32,617 nucleotides of DNA from positions 1 through 32,617 of the forward strand of contig CAVNZM010000044.1 of the NCBI GenBank assembly GCA_963693365.1, written 5' to 3'. The notes below the pieces were generated by a model that saw only the letters and a list, made by a program, of their open reading frames with translations, made no database searches and had not been told where the DNA came from. The position numbers and the translations under genes are program-made. The stretch comes from Amoebidium appalachense. Taxonomy: Eukaryota > Protista > Ichthyosporea. Of the stretch, positions 1 to 12,706 are shown in pieces (positions within the stretch are counted from its first letter, which is position 1; every line of letters starts with the position of its first letter).

Positions 1-26
1 CTGCAGCGCTAGTTCTTGCGCTGCAA

Positions 27-1959
27 GTGTGCTCGTATCAAGCAAGTACTATGTTTTTAGTTGTTTGGGTCCTAACATGTCTAACCACCTTGGTGACAAC
101 AATGCCGGCCCTAGTGGCCTGCATGGGGGGGAAGCTAGAAACGCCGACCTCATTTTCCTTGAAGAACTCGGCTATAATGTTCCCCTTTCCCCCCCCGGCT
201 CTTCACCGTGGCACCCTCCTGGAGCAGACATTCCGTTGCTCGACCGTGTCTACTTCCGTTCACACGACATGCAACACGACAATCAATACTGCTTCTCTTT
301 TCATTCAGGGGAAACCGACTATGGCCAATCATTTGACCCCGAAGACCTGCCACCTGAAGACAATCGACATTCATCAGTCGACCTTCTCCACGGGCTATAT
401 GTCGAGGTCAACGCAAACGCAAGCCGAGGCACCAGACGCCCTGATACGCGCCCTAACGGAGTATGCAAATTTGCACAACAAGACGGGCGTGAGCCTGGCA
501 GCTTGGTGCTGGTGCGTTCTTGGGTGTCTCCTTCTGTTCGTGCTGCTGGCATTTTTGGTATCGAAGTTTGCCAGCTGTACAGCGCGCACGGCACTGTACC
601 GTTCGTCGACGGCACTCACCTTGCTCCACCAACAACTACTCGCCCTCGCGAATGTATTCACTTCCAGGCAAAACTACGCGTGCCTTTCAGGGCAGTCTTC
701 CCCCATCACTAAGTCACATGAATTTATCAACCAATTAGTGACTCTTAGTCGTGGTGAGCTTGACCTAGTGGTTACTTATTATGGTAACCGGGGCCCTCGA
801 AAATTTCATCCAAGCATGCTCCCCTCGTGGGTTCGTGCCGGACGGGGCCCCCGTAAGAACTCTGGCCGAGGTGGTAGGGGTGGACGTGGTGGTGGCCGGG
901 GGGGGCATAACAACCCCCCTCCTGCTGCCAACGAAAATGGGGATCGTAATGCAGGTGGCGGTGGCCCCCCACCTCCCCCGGACGGTGGTGCTGACGGTGG
1001 TGCCGGTGGTGCTAATGGTGCCGGAGGTGCTAACGGTGCTGGTGGTGCCGGTGGTGGTGGTGGTGATGGTGGTGATGACGGCGGTGACGGTGGTGATGAC
1101 GGTGACGGTAACGACGGCAACGGTGACGACCGGGAGGGGAAGGAAAAGATTCAACACATCCCCTCAGCAGCAATCCAGTCCCGTCCTATGCTCGAGGCAG
1201 ATGCCGATATCGACGAATTTTACAAACAACTCCAACATCATTTAATTTTCTTTTGTATTATGGAGTTGGTGGGCTTAAATCGCACGTTGATGTTTATTCG
1301 TATGTGCATGGGCCCCGGGGACCCCCGAGATGCTGCCGACAACGTCGACCTTTCCACGTGCACCGGCATCGACGATTTTTGGGCTAAGTTCCTTGAGAAG
1401 TATTTAGACAAGGAACGTAAGGAGGAGCATTTTAACGAGCTGAACAAGCTTCGTTTTATGCACACTCGGGCCTCGATAAAGACATTCCACAAGAAATTTA
1501 ATTGCATCGTCTCCAACTCGGGTCTCAAGAACATGCCCGAGGTTGTGCTTCATCATTACCAACGTACCCTCAACGACTACCCGGACCTTTGTTCCGAGGC
1601 CCGGGCTGCAACCACCCTCAAACAAGCCATGGGCCGTGTCATCCGACGGTATGAGGCTGATGTGGGTGCTCACAATTTAAAATGTAACCGTAATGTGGGT
1701 GCTGTAGATGAGATGGGTGGTGGTAGTGGGGGGCATGGTGGTGGTGGTGGTGGTCACGGGCCGGGGGGTGGCCACGGAGGTAGTGGGGGTAATGTTGGTG
1801 GTAAGGGTAAATCTAATGGGGGGGGGCAAATGGGCTAAGGATAATAAGAAAGATAAGAGGGGGCCCAATTGTTGGGCTTGCAAGCAGCCGGGGCATCGTT
1901 TTAAAGATTGCCCCACCCGAGCTGCCAAGAAGAACAAGGGCAAGCAAAGTGATAAATAG
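27..1959 (+). CDS. gag: Gag-like protein with Gly/Asp-rich linkers, capsid-like region and CCHC knuckle; frameshift at G9 run 1818-1826; true start uncertain
   Basis: ORF 27-1838 has a retrotransposon gag-like region (FWAKFLEKYLDKERKEEHFNELNKLR...IKTFHKKF); CWACKQPGHRFKDC lies in the shifted frame 1708-1959. Confidence 0.8.
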
Positions 1960-2180
1960 GTAATTGCCGGTGCTGGAAGCACGAATACGGCATGTATTGC
2001 ACATTGTGACCCAGTGGGTCACGAAAAAGTAATTAAAAATGTGCCTATACCATGTGCTTCTGCCCCGGCTTCTTCTGATATTCCCCCCTCCGAGCCCCCT
2101 TCCCCCGACCCCCGACCCCCCACCCCCCCACACCTATCCCCCCCACAAAGAAACTTCGAACACTCGATAGAATAAGAAAA

Positions 2181-5104
2181 GTGTTCGATATAAGTGCCAT
2201 ATGCAATGCAGGAAGACGTATCTATGTTAATGTTACGTTGAGTAATGAAAAATACTTTGCATTGTTTGACACTGGGGCATCATTCACGGTGGTTAGTGAA
2301 GCTGTTTTTTCCCGACACATGCAGGAGTTTGCTTTGCAACCCTCGGATGTGATTGTTACTTCTGTAAGGAAAAACGATAAAGCTCTAGCTGTGAGTGGTG
2401 AAGTGATGCTCCCGTTATGCCTCGGTTCTCAAACATTCATGTGGCCTTGCTTAGTAATTAAAAATATTAAGCATGACATGATTATTGGGAACGATTTTGC
2501 CAACAAACACATTGCCACCACTAATCATCAAGCACACTCACTAACACTGGTGTCGGGGATGGTGGTGCCGACGTCATCTTTGCACACCCCCTACACAATG
2601 TGTCCTGTTACCGTCAAGCACGACACCACCGTCAAATCTGGCTTTGGATGTGTATTACGTGCAACGGTGCAGGTTACTGCTGCTGCTGCTGCTGCTGGCA
2701 CCCTCGGTATCTTCGAGCCTACTCGTGAATTTCGAGATAAGTTCCCCCCCACCATCTGTGAAATTAGTGTGGATAAATCTATTGCTGTTGTGTGCGAAAA
2801 TGGTGTGGGTCCGGATTTGAACGTGTTCGGTACCATCGGTCATTTCGTTCCTACGAGCCGACATGAGTACATACACGAACTGAGTGTTTTGCAAGCCGAA
2901 CCCCACCCCAGTCGTACACAAACCGTCGTTGGTGCAATAGCGCAGTGCATCAGGTGGGCAACGGGGGGTGGAGAAGGTTGCCTACCCAATTCACCTCCGG
3001 CCGTGCCACCGGGCCGGGTGCCTACCGATAACATGTGTGGGCACGAAGGGCATGTGAGTGGGACACGAGGCGGTCCGATACACTCACCGATCGACCAATC
3101 AATGTGTGCCGTTGATCATGAAAAACCCCCCCCGCGAAAAATTTCGGAAATTTCGGGTGGGGGTGCACACGATGCCGGCCAGGCTCCCCACGGTTTTGAT
3201 TGGAATAGGGTGCCTCAGAGTATGCTTCCGGAGGTTAAGAAATTATTAGAAGCACACTCTCGTTGCTTCACCACTACGGACCCCGACGAATTTCCTCAGA
3301 TTAAAGGATTCACCATGCACATAGACACGGGAGATAACCCACCGATTCGATTAAAACAGTGGAGGTTGGAACAAGTGAAAGAGCAGGCTGCAAAGGAGAT
3401 CGTGGAGGATATGTGTCATAGAGGGCAGATGGAACAAGCACACAGTCAGTATAATTCACCCACCATCGTAATACGAAAACCAAACGGAAAATACCGTCTG
3501 CTGACTGATTTTCGTGCTCTTAACAAGCAAATTCGAAAATCTGCCTGGCCCATGCCCAACTTGCAACAACAAATAGAGAAGTTGGCTGGGTATAAGTATT
3601 TCTGTAAAGCTGATATGTCGGGTGCCTTTTACCAAATACTGCTAGACGCTGAGTCACGTGAAAAAACAGGATTTTCTGTGGCTGGTGTGCAGTATCGTTA
3701 TTGTGTGGCACCACAGGGGCTCAGTACTTCCCCGTCCCAGCTAGCATCTATCATGACACAGATTTTGGCCCCCCTGGCCGAAGATGTGGTGATATATGCC
3801 GATGATTTACTAACTGTGGGTGCACACACCGAAACAGAATTAATACAGAAGCTTGACCGACTTTTTACCCGTCTCGGTGAATATGGTGTTAAGCTCGATG
3901 GGGCAAAGACATATATTGGGCTAACGGAAATACCGTTTTTGGGTTGGATTGTAGGTGTGAATGGCATTCGGCCCGACCCGAAAAAGGTTCAGGCAGTGAA
4001 AGATTGGCCGGTACCAAACACACTACACCAACTCCGGGGTTTTCTGGGTATTACTTCCTATCTCCGCCGTCACATTTTAAATTATGCAGAGCGAGCCCGA
4101 CCCATGAATGCCGAGTGTTACGGAGAAAAACACCGACGGTTAAAATGGACGGACGAATTAGATCGCTCGTTTAAAGATTTAAAATCGGCGTTATCGGAGG
4201 AAGTGCTTGCCCTGCCCGATCTTTCCCCCACGGGGGGTCAGTTTCTTATTCGTTGTGATGCTAGTCGGTTCTCGGAAGGGGCTTGCCTGTATCAAAAACA
4301 AAAAGATGGCAAGTTCCGCACGGTGGCATATGCCTCCCGGATGTTTCAACCTACCGAACGTAGGTGGAGCAACATCGAACGAGAAACGCATGCAATCTAT
4401 TGGGCACTGAAAGAGTTTAGGGTGTACGTGTATGGTCGAGTAAATACTATTGTGGAAAGTGACCATAAGCCCTGTCTTTCTCTTAAAGGTGTCAAACGGA
4501 TAGCAAACGAACGGATGCAACGGTGGGCTTTGGAAATGCAGGAGTATGATTTCGATCTATACTACCGTCCTGGCCCTACCATGCACGATGCTGATGGGTT
4601 AAGCCGTATATGATATATTCTGCATGAGAACGAAAACATACCACTGGAAAGGTGGGATGTGAAAAAGGAATTACAAGAGGTTCTCACAGCAGATTTATCC
4701 GAGCTTAGCTCGCAACCAGCCGAAGTGTTTGTTGATTGGGGTGATGCACTCGAATTCACACACATTTTCGATCCAGACCGCTTGAAATGTGCACAAATTT
4801 CTGCACTCAGTCAAGCCGGCCTGCCCTCCCTTTCTGCACTCGGTGGTGCCGGCTATCAGAAGGAAGCAATTATGATGGCACAGGGGGGGGACAAAATGTG
4901 TAAGGATATAATCACGTGGCTACGGTGGCTTGCCTCCCTCGATGCCGAGGCCAAACGGGAATGGCAGGCAGGGGGGGAACGAGCTGCACACGGTCTTAAT
5001 CTTGAGTATTTCGGATACAAAAAGGTTAAGAAAATAGCACAAATGTGTGTGATAGAGGATGACGTGCTTTATCATGTGGCTAAGGATGGTCGTCGTTGCC
5101 TGTA
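2181..5104 (+). pseudogene. pol: Gypsy Pol (aspartic protease, RT, RNase H, first residues of integrase region); in-frame TGA at 4611-4613; truncated
   Basis: ALFDTGASFTVV and IIGNDF (protease); YRLLTDFRALN, APQGL, YADDLL (RT); CDAS, ERETHAI, ESDHKPC (RNase H); ORF 4659-5234 is in the same frame and reads IEDDVLYH...RRCLYI. Confidence 0.92.
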
Positions 5105-5614
5105 CATCAGCAAACCCCCACCCCCCGCTAAATTGTATCCTCGTACACATTTTGAACACTTGAATGTCCAAAAATGTTCAAAAATTCGTACATTCAGTGA
5201 ATCGTATATGGATACCTATTCGAATGCCACCTGACACCACATGGTATATGTGTGTACCTAGCCGAATACTACATGAATACATGCCCAAGTAACCTTGTGA
5301 ATGCACACTAGATAACGTATGAATGCACTATAGATACCGTATTCATACCACTTGGACACCGTGTTCTGAGTATACACGTACATACGCGTACATGACCAGA
5401 CATTCAGTTGGAATACATATTTGTGTATATGGGGTACATGTGGAGTGCTTTATAAATACCCGTTCAGTGACACTGAACGTCCACGAATACACTATGTGAA
5501 TGTTTCGAAAAATACCCACAAACACGATCTGAGTACGACATATGTGTTCATGAATAGTAACTGCGAACGTTATTCGGTACACATATGTACTAAAAAGACC
5601 GTCGTCATCCTTAA

Positions 5615-7682
5615 TGATAATTCGCACAGATCTATTCGGACACTTTTGTCCTAATTAACCTATTTTTAGACGATCGCGCTATTTCTAGCGCAGTTGCATA
5701 GTAACCAGGCCTCAAAAAGGTGAAAAACGTGAAATTCACGTCATTTCGACATAGTAACATATATAACATGTAGGGTCTCCGACGCCATCTCTTGGGCGCA
5801 TTTGGTCATCGAAGTTGGCGACCTTCTAAGAAAACACGTGGTTTTTCCGCTAAATTTTAATTTAAACTTATATAACTTTGGTTGTGTGTTTCTGGAGCGG
5901 CTAAGACCACTATGTGCTGCTAGCTAGAGATATAGGCTAACGCATGCAAAAAACCCGACCACCTAATCTTAATTCTGACACAACCTACCTAAGGTCCAAC
6001 TTAGGGCACTTTTATCGAGAAGACCTTACTAATCCACACTGTCCCTGTTACCACCCGTTCTACTTCTAAGACAATGTTTACGACTTTTCTTCAATTTTCC
6101 TGCTAGTTAATGAGGAAAATAAGTACGAAAGGTTTTAAACGTGGTTCTTCTTTACACTTGTTGCTACTAGTTCCAGTCCCTTCTATTGTAGAAAGACAAA
6201 ATAAAGGAAGCTTATACCCCACGAAAGGTATGCTCGAGATCACAAACCCAAAGCAGTCTGCAAAGTCTGCAACTTTACGTCCCCCCCCCCCCCCCCCCCC
6301 CCCCCTCCTCTCTCTCTCACACCTACTGCTCCTGCTCTGGTTCTGCGGTGGCGTACAGGCACCCCCTTTTCCAGGTGCAGCTCGTAGCAGTTGCGATCTG
6401 AAATTTTGTAGCACAATGCCACACCGCACCTTGCTGCACATCCAGCGCACCCTGCTGCGCTTGTATCCCTTTTGATCCGTGCGCACGCACATAACACAGT
6501 CGAGCCGCTTGCCGGAACCAATAAGCACCGGGTGACAGAGGTTGCTTCGTTTGGCGGTTGTGGTGTTTGTTGACAGCGAGTTTAGTATGCGCGCGCTTTG
6601 TTTGCCGGCTTGCAGAAGTGGGTTGTTAAGAAGTTCACCCGCAAGTTTTTCGCGCCACTGCTCGTTTGAAAGTGCATTCTTGTCCCCGTCTGCAATGAAA
6701 TGCTTGTAGGCCAGGTAGGTGTTTACAAACACCATACCAACTAACCCAGCAAAGGTGCGGTGCCAGGGTGTGTGGGGGACCCATGCCTGCTCGAGTGAAC
6801 TGTTCCCTTGCCGGAGTTTGTTGTGTACGTCTGCACTGTTGAAATATGTGAAGTATTCGCGCACTGCTTTTGGCATGGGCACTTGTGTTCCGTTTTTTGT
6901 GATACGGGGAGCTCCTGCTTCCGTACTTCCTGCCGTCGTTACTACACGCATGCTGAAATCCTTATGCTGCCAACGTATGGGGGGGATGGGAGAGGGAGAG
7001 GGCGAGCCCCCCGCCCCCCCCCCCCCCCTCCCCCCTCCCCCCAATAAAAAGGATATATACGCCTTCGCACATCCCACAACTAGCTGAATCTTGCTCCGTG
7101 GTACTTCTTCTACTTTCCCGTCGTAGTCTATGTGTACCAACCATTTATTGTTCTTTAATACTTGCACAGTTGTGCCTGTGAGCTGTTTCGTTTCCCATTC
7201 TTCACCAACCGCTCTTTACTCCAACGTTCATCATCGTTCCTGACTTTACCATCAAAGATGCATGCAAAAACCCAAACTCTCTGGTCTTTCCTTAAACGCC
7301 TAACCATTTTCTTTTCTTTTCACTTATTTCTACCCTAATTCTACCTTGTTCTTTTTGTTTTCTAGCGCGCAAACTATCATGCGGTGTCTTTTAGTTCGGT
7401 AACCAAACGGTGTCCGTGATCGGACAGTCGGACACCCCAAAACTGGGGGAAAACGGTTGCACCCATGATCTTTTGCGCGCCAAAAGCTACTCACCCTGCA
7501 GTCCTATTGGTTTTCTATAAAGAAAAAAAAGGCAGGAAAATACTAGACCTCATTGGCCATACCCAGCTTGTGGGGTGTTTCCTAGCGAAAACAACGCTAG
7601 CGACGCCGCCGAAAAAGATAGGACACTTTTGTCCTTTTTAGCCATTAATTAGGACCGATTTGTCCGGTTATGCGGATTATCA
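5615..7682 (-). mobile_element. piggyBac-like DNA transposon, internally deleted (2068 bp)
   Basis: TTAA at 5611-5614 and 7683-7686; inverted termini TGATAAT(T/C)CGCA; subterminal inverted CGGACA...GTCCTAATTAA (~5637-5658 / 7645-7666); transposase remnant inside. Confidence 0.88.
6325..7307 (-). pseudogene. piggyBac-like transposase remnant: N-terminal ~78 aa joined to the C-terminal third plus Cys-rich domain
   Basis: PKAVREYFTYFNSADVHNKLR...WHRTFAGLVGMVFVNTYLAY resembles the piggyBac third-Asp region; CVMC...CSK/CGVALC...CYELH with a frameshift at ~6430; ATG at 7307 with a frameshift at ~7207; central catalytic core absent. Confidence 0.8.
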
Positions 7683-7771
7683 TTAAAGTCATCTGTTGGA
7701 TGGCTGGAGGTTGTCGTGATGATATCTTAAACCCCCACCTCCCCTCCCCCTCCCCCCCCCCCCCCCCCCCC

Positions 7772-8335
7772 ACCCCACATGAACCTTTGACGATCGATGA
7801 CGACGATGAGGTGCCAGACCCACAGGGTCTTTTCCTGGGGACCACCACCCACCCCACATGAACCTTTGACGATCGATGACAACGACGAGGTGCCAGACCC
7901 ACAGGGTCTTGCCTCCATACTTTATTTACCTTAACAGGACAAAGAGCCGGTACCCACCTATGGGTGCTAAACATGCACATGATCATTCATGTGCTATAAG
8001 AGCAACACAGAAACGAAACACGGAAACAACAGCAGCCATAGGACAAAGAGCCCCAGACCCACAGGGTCTTGCCTCCATACTTTATTTACCTTAACAGGAC
8101 AAAGAGCCGGTACCCACCTATGGGTGCTAAACATGCACATGATCATTCATGTGCTATAAGAGCAACACAGAAACGAAACACGGAAACAACAGCAGCCATA
8201 GGACAAAGAGCCCCAGACCCACAGGGTCTTGCCTCCATACTTTATTTACCTTAACAGGACAAAGAGCCGGTACCCACCTATGAAACGAAAAACGGAAACA
8301 ACAGCAGCCATCGGACAAAGAGCCAGTACCCACCT
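7772..8335. repeat. Tandem repeats: ~60-bp duplicate (7772, 7851), then a 160-bp unit x ~2.5 (7893, 8053, 8213)
   Basis: CCAGACCCACAGGGTCTT recurs with a 160-bp period; units identical by eye. Confidence 0.92.
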
Positions 8336-9039
8336 CTAGATGATAACGTAGCCTTATAGCTGCTGATGACTTCATGGGCCAACCTTGCCAAAACCTGTAA
8401 AGGAACTCGAGCTAAGAATTAGCTCATTCTACTTGCGAGAAGTGGGGGGGAGAGGGGGGGGGGGGGGGGGGGGGGGACTGAGGGGGCTGACTGAGAGTGG
8501 CAAAAAAAGAGTCGACAGAACCAACCTCAAACATAGTAAGGACGGAAACCCGGACCAGAACTTATGAAGTCTAGAGAAGCAGAAAATAGCTTGAACGATC
8601 GGTGGAGGGGATGATCATCAGCAAAGGCCACCCACCCATCCATTCGGTATCATTCGGGCATCATGGATATTAGAATGATAGTACCCATACACGAACCCAC
8701 CCTTCATCCAACAATATATCAGTCTGATACTCTTTTTGTTAAATCCTAATATCCGGTTATTTTAAGATATTAGAATGATATCCATGTCTAGATATCATTC
8801 TGATATTGGGATAGCCCCCGAAAAAGCCCGAAAAGCCCCCGAAAAAAGGCGTTGTTCTACTTGTTGCTCTATCCTTTGGCCATCCCGCTATGTATCATTC
8901 TGATAACATAATAGATATTGGAATGATACATACCCTCAAATGCTCTACGTTTTCAGATAGGGGTAAACATATCTGAATGAGACTTGAATAGTACATTACA
9001 AAGTACAAAAAGTGCCCTCGTTGGTCATAAACGGTTATC

Positions 9040-9330
9040 CAAATGATATCATAATGATATCATTGCAAGAACGGGAGGTGTATTATAATATCATTGTATG
9101 CCCTATTATGGTATTGGTATGATAGAAGAAAATGAAATTATCTTCCTTTCCTGATATCAGAATGGTCTCATTCTAATACCGTGAATGATATCCAAATGAT
9201 ATCTATTGTAGAAAAGGGGGTGTATTATAATATCTTTGAATGCCCTATTATGGTATTGGTATGATAGAGGAAAATGTAACGAAATTCCTTTCCTAATATC
9301 ATATTGGTGTCATTCTAATATCGTGAATTC
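9040..9330. repeat. Diverged ~142-bp tandem duplicate in the left subterminal arm
   Basis: GCCCTATTATGGTATTGGTATGATAGA at 9100 and 9242. Confidence 0.8.
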
Positions 9331-9537
9331 CAAAACCTCATATCATAATAGCACTATTCCAATATCTTAAAATCGTGGAACATTTAAATCTGTACCCTAT
9401 TATAGTATCATAATTGAGAGACATGTATATCATTATGGTCACCTTTGATTGTCGTTGTGGGCATCATAATGGTCACTTAAAATATATCATTCGTGTACCA
9501 TAATGGTACCATTTTATTGATTCGTTCCGTCGTCGAC

Positions 9538-9575
<38 letters not shown>

Positions 9576-9873
9576 CGATCTGCTATTAGCACTAAACTGT
9601 ATTCAGACTTAGAAAACAAAAAAAAAAATTCTAAGTAAATCTCAAAAAAAACAAAAAAAAATTTTTTTTCTAAGTAAATCTCAAAAAAATTTCTAAGTCT
9701 CGCTCAAAGAGAACTACGTATCATGATGTTTTTCAAAAGTTCTAAGACACACGCCCAGCGTGTGTTAATACCGTCACATTTTAACCTTCCAAACAACCAA
9801 AATAAAACATAACAATATACTAACATTTTTGTTAGTTAGTATACTAAATTATTATTTCTTTTAGTCTTGTGGT

Positions 9874-11216
9874 TCAATATCTTGGGGGGATCTTTATGGA
9901 TGATTTTGCGGGCCGCTTATTGGCGACGCGCGACGCCTCGTCGCTGCTGCCGCTCTCACGCTCCTTGTCCCCCGCACCGCCAACCACCGACCTGTTGCCG
10001 TCCAACAGCTTGAGGTCCACCACCTTCTCGTTGGACTGCTTCGTGGAGGGCTTGTCGTCTCCCTTCTCGTCTTGCACATCAGCTGACAGGCTGAGGACTG
10101 CCTTCTCCCGGGCCTTGCAGATCTTTTCCCAGGTCTTTGCATACTGGGTTGGGACAGAAGGAGATTGTGTGAGTGTTTTTAGCTTTTCTGGCTAGCCTGA
10201 GCATGTATGTACCTGGGAAAAATGCTATCACAATGTTACCATACCAAACCTAAAGATGACATGATAGGATGATACTTGCCCACACTTAGGAGATATCCTT
10301 AAAACACTACGATGATACGTAACCCATACATACGACTTATCAATATCATCTTTTCGATATCCATACGTTGTCTTTCGGACCGGAGCTAAAACACAATGAT
10401 GGGGGGGGGGGGGGGGGGGGTTGAATGCAGAACACGGTACGAAATACGCATACACGATGAGAAGCATGGTGCAGGACACATGCAAAGGCAAACATTCAAG
10501 TATGCAACATCAGCCATGTGCACAGTATGCGTCATAAGCAGAGCCCATCCTCAGGGAGGACCCGGGGGGGGGGGGGGGGGGGGTAGTTGTTTACCTTGCT
10601 GATCTCTGATGGCCGAGCACCACCCTCGTAGTCAGGCATGTCAGCTCCATACTTCACAGCTGACCACGAAATCTGAGTGGCAGACTTGTGGGCCATTGGA
10701 TCCCGCAGTCCGCACTCAAATGTGTGGAGCATGAAGCTGAAGAGCTCGGGCAACGCCTTTTGAAACTCCTGTGTGGGTGTTGGTGTGTGTGTTGCGTGTA
10801 CGTACACGTAAGCATGTGTGTATGTGGTGATGAGGAAAGGGGGTATTCTCCATTAGCAGCAAATAAAACCGAATTCGACAATGAAAAATCTGAAATGACT
10901 TGAGGAAGTGGGAAGCTGAATGGATACTGGATAACCATGCATGTACCGTTTCTCTGAGTGATAAGGATTTGATGTCTTGTGTGGTTATGTGTTGGTGATT
11001 TGTACGTGGGACAACAGGGGGAAGTGGGAGGGAGGGAGTGGGAGGGAGGGAGTGGGAGGGAGGGAGTGGGAGTGAGTGTGTGTGTGTGGGGGGGGGGGGG
11101 GGGGGGGGGTCACAGTGCATTAAGAATGAACCAATAAGGAAGAACAACAACATTAAACATGAATAAGCATGTTAAAAAAAACAGCATGAGAAGATTTCGT
11201 CTTTGATTGGGGTGGG

Positions 11217-11247
<31 letters not shown>

Positions 11248-11527
11248 GGGGGGGGTAATGGGCACAAACGTTTAGTGTCTTGAAGCTGCTGAGGCGGTTC
11301 TTGATGTAGGAGCCGTTGATGGGGGACATGCACATGATGCGGTGAAGGGCGGGGTTGCCCCATGGGTTGCCCGTCACCGGATCGACGCTGTACATGCGGC
11401 CACAGGGATGGTTGTTGCACTCAACTTGAACCTCCACCAACCACCCCTACCACGTCTTCTTGCGGTACCTAACCTGGTCTGCCAACTTGTCGGGGTCGGC
11501 GGCATTGACAGGGGCAACCTGGAACAT
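9874..11527 (-). pseudogene. Spliced gene of unknown function, at least 3 exons (11527-11270, 10768-10595, 10143-9874), ~233 aa, with one in-frame TAG in the first exon
   Basis: Three GC3-rich coding-like blocks, each preceded by CAG; the first two end at GT donors; all phase 0 (258, 174, 270 nt); introns full of poly-C/CA; further small or upstream exons possible. Confidence 0.65.
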
Positions 11528-11754
11528 CTGTGTTGGTGGGCATGGAGGCATTTGACAGTTTTTTGGAAGGGGGGGGGGGGAGGGGGGGAGGGGGGAGGGG
11601 GGGGAGGGGGAGGGGCTTTTGGTGTGTGTGTGTTTTTTTGTATGTGTGGGTGGGGAAGTGAGTGAGTGAGTGTGTGTGTGTGTTTGGAAGGGGGGGGGGG
11701 GGGGGGGTTAGAATGAATGAATAACACTAAATGCTAACATGTGAAACACGTTGT

Positions 11755-12065
11755 GCTGAAAGACAAAAGCACAAACTTATGAAGTCTAGAGAAGCAGAAA
11801 ATAGCTTGAACGACTGGTGGAAGGGATGATAGCTATAGTGCTAACAGCAAAAGTAGTGCCCACAGTCGCTGGTTCATGAACGTGAAAAGGCAACGTGCAT
11901 CTGCAGCCAGCTGAAAGACAAAAGCACAAACTTATGAAGTCTAGAGAAGCAGAAAATAGCTTGAACGACTGGTGGAAGGGATGATAGCTATAGTGCTAAC
12001 AGCAAAAGTAGTGCCCACAGTCGCTGGTTCATGAACGTGAAAAGGCAACGTGCATCTGCAGCCAG
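11755..12065. repeat. 155-bp tandem duplicate; a third, interrupted copy forms the flanks of the host element (8559-8615 + 19898-19980)
   Basis: GCTGAAAGACAAAAGCACAAACTTATGAAGTCTAGAG at 11755 and 11910. Confidence 0.93.
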
Positions 12066-12430
12066 CAGAACACACGCACACGCACGCACACACACACACA
12101 TACACACACACGCACACAGACACAGACACAGACATAGATATAATCACAGGCACGGACACAGACCAGACAGACAAACGCCATATGCACAAAAGCAGGCAAC
12201 ACAAAACTAACCTTCAAACGGGAAAAAACCTGCGGACCTCCGGGAAGGGGGAAGAGAAATGGAGCAAACAACGTGCGTACAGGCTTAAACGGACAAAAAA
12301 TTGCAAACCGGATTGGGTTTAGCCAATCACTATTTGCTATAGACCGGTTTAGTAACCGCCGCGCCTGATTAGGGAAAAGATAAAAATAGATTTCGGCTCG
12401 CGCGCGCGCGTGCATCAGCTTGGTGCCCTC

Positions 12431-12581
12431 ACACACAGCACATGCACACACAAGTGCACGCACGCACACACACTGTTATCCCTGATCATGATGCCCCCTC
12501 CCCCCCCTCCCTCTTCCCCCCCCGCGCACCCCCCCCCCCCCCATACTCACACTCACACCCACAGCTCATGCTCACACTCAA

Positions 12582-12640
<59 letters not shown>

Positions 12641-12673
12641 GCGCGCGCACGCACACACACACACACATGCACA

Positions 12674-12706
<33 letters not shown>

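Larger units (their letters stand above)
27..5104 (+). mobile_element. Ty3/gypsy LTR retrotransposon internal region, 3'-truncated at the start of integrase; LTRs not visible in window
   Basis: Domain order gag(CCHC)-protease-RT-RNaseH-start of integrase; coding similarity stops at RRCLYI (~5104), where CATCAGCAAA begins. Confidence 0.92.
5105..8368. mobile_element. Putative CATCAGCA-ended DNA element; right end tentative
   Basis: CATCAGCAAA at 5105 lies at the gypsy breakpoint and matches the terminus of the 8616-19897 element; inverted TGCTGATG ends at 8368; GAATAC/GTATTC-rich arm at 5130-5600; no matching TSD (TA vs AC). Confidence 0.45.

Noticed and set aside
2-24. TGCAGCGC...GCGCTGCA hairpin as the gypsy LTR end
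   Set aside because: At the window edge, and no clear TGG-starting PBS follows
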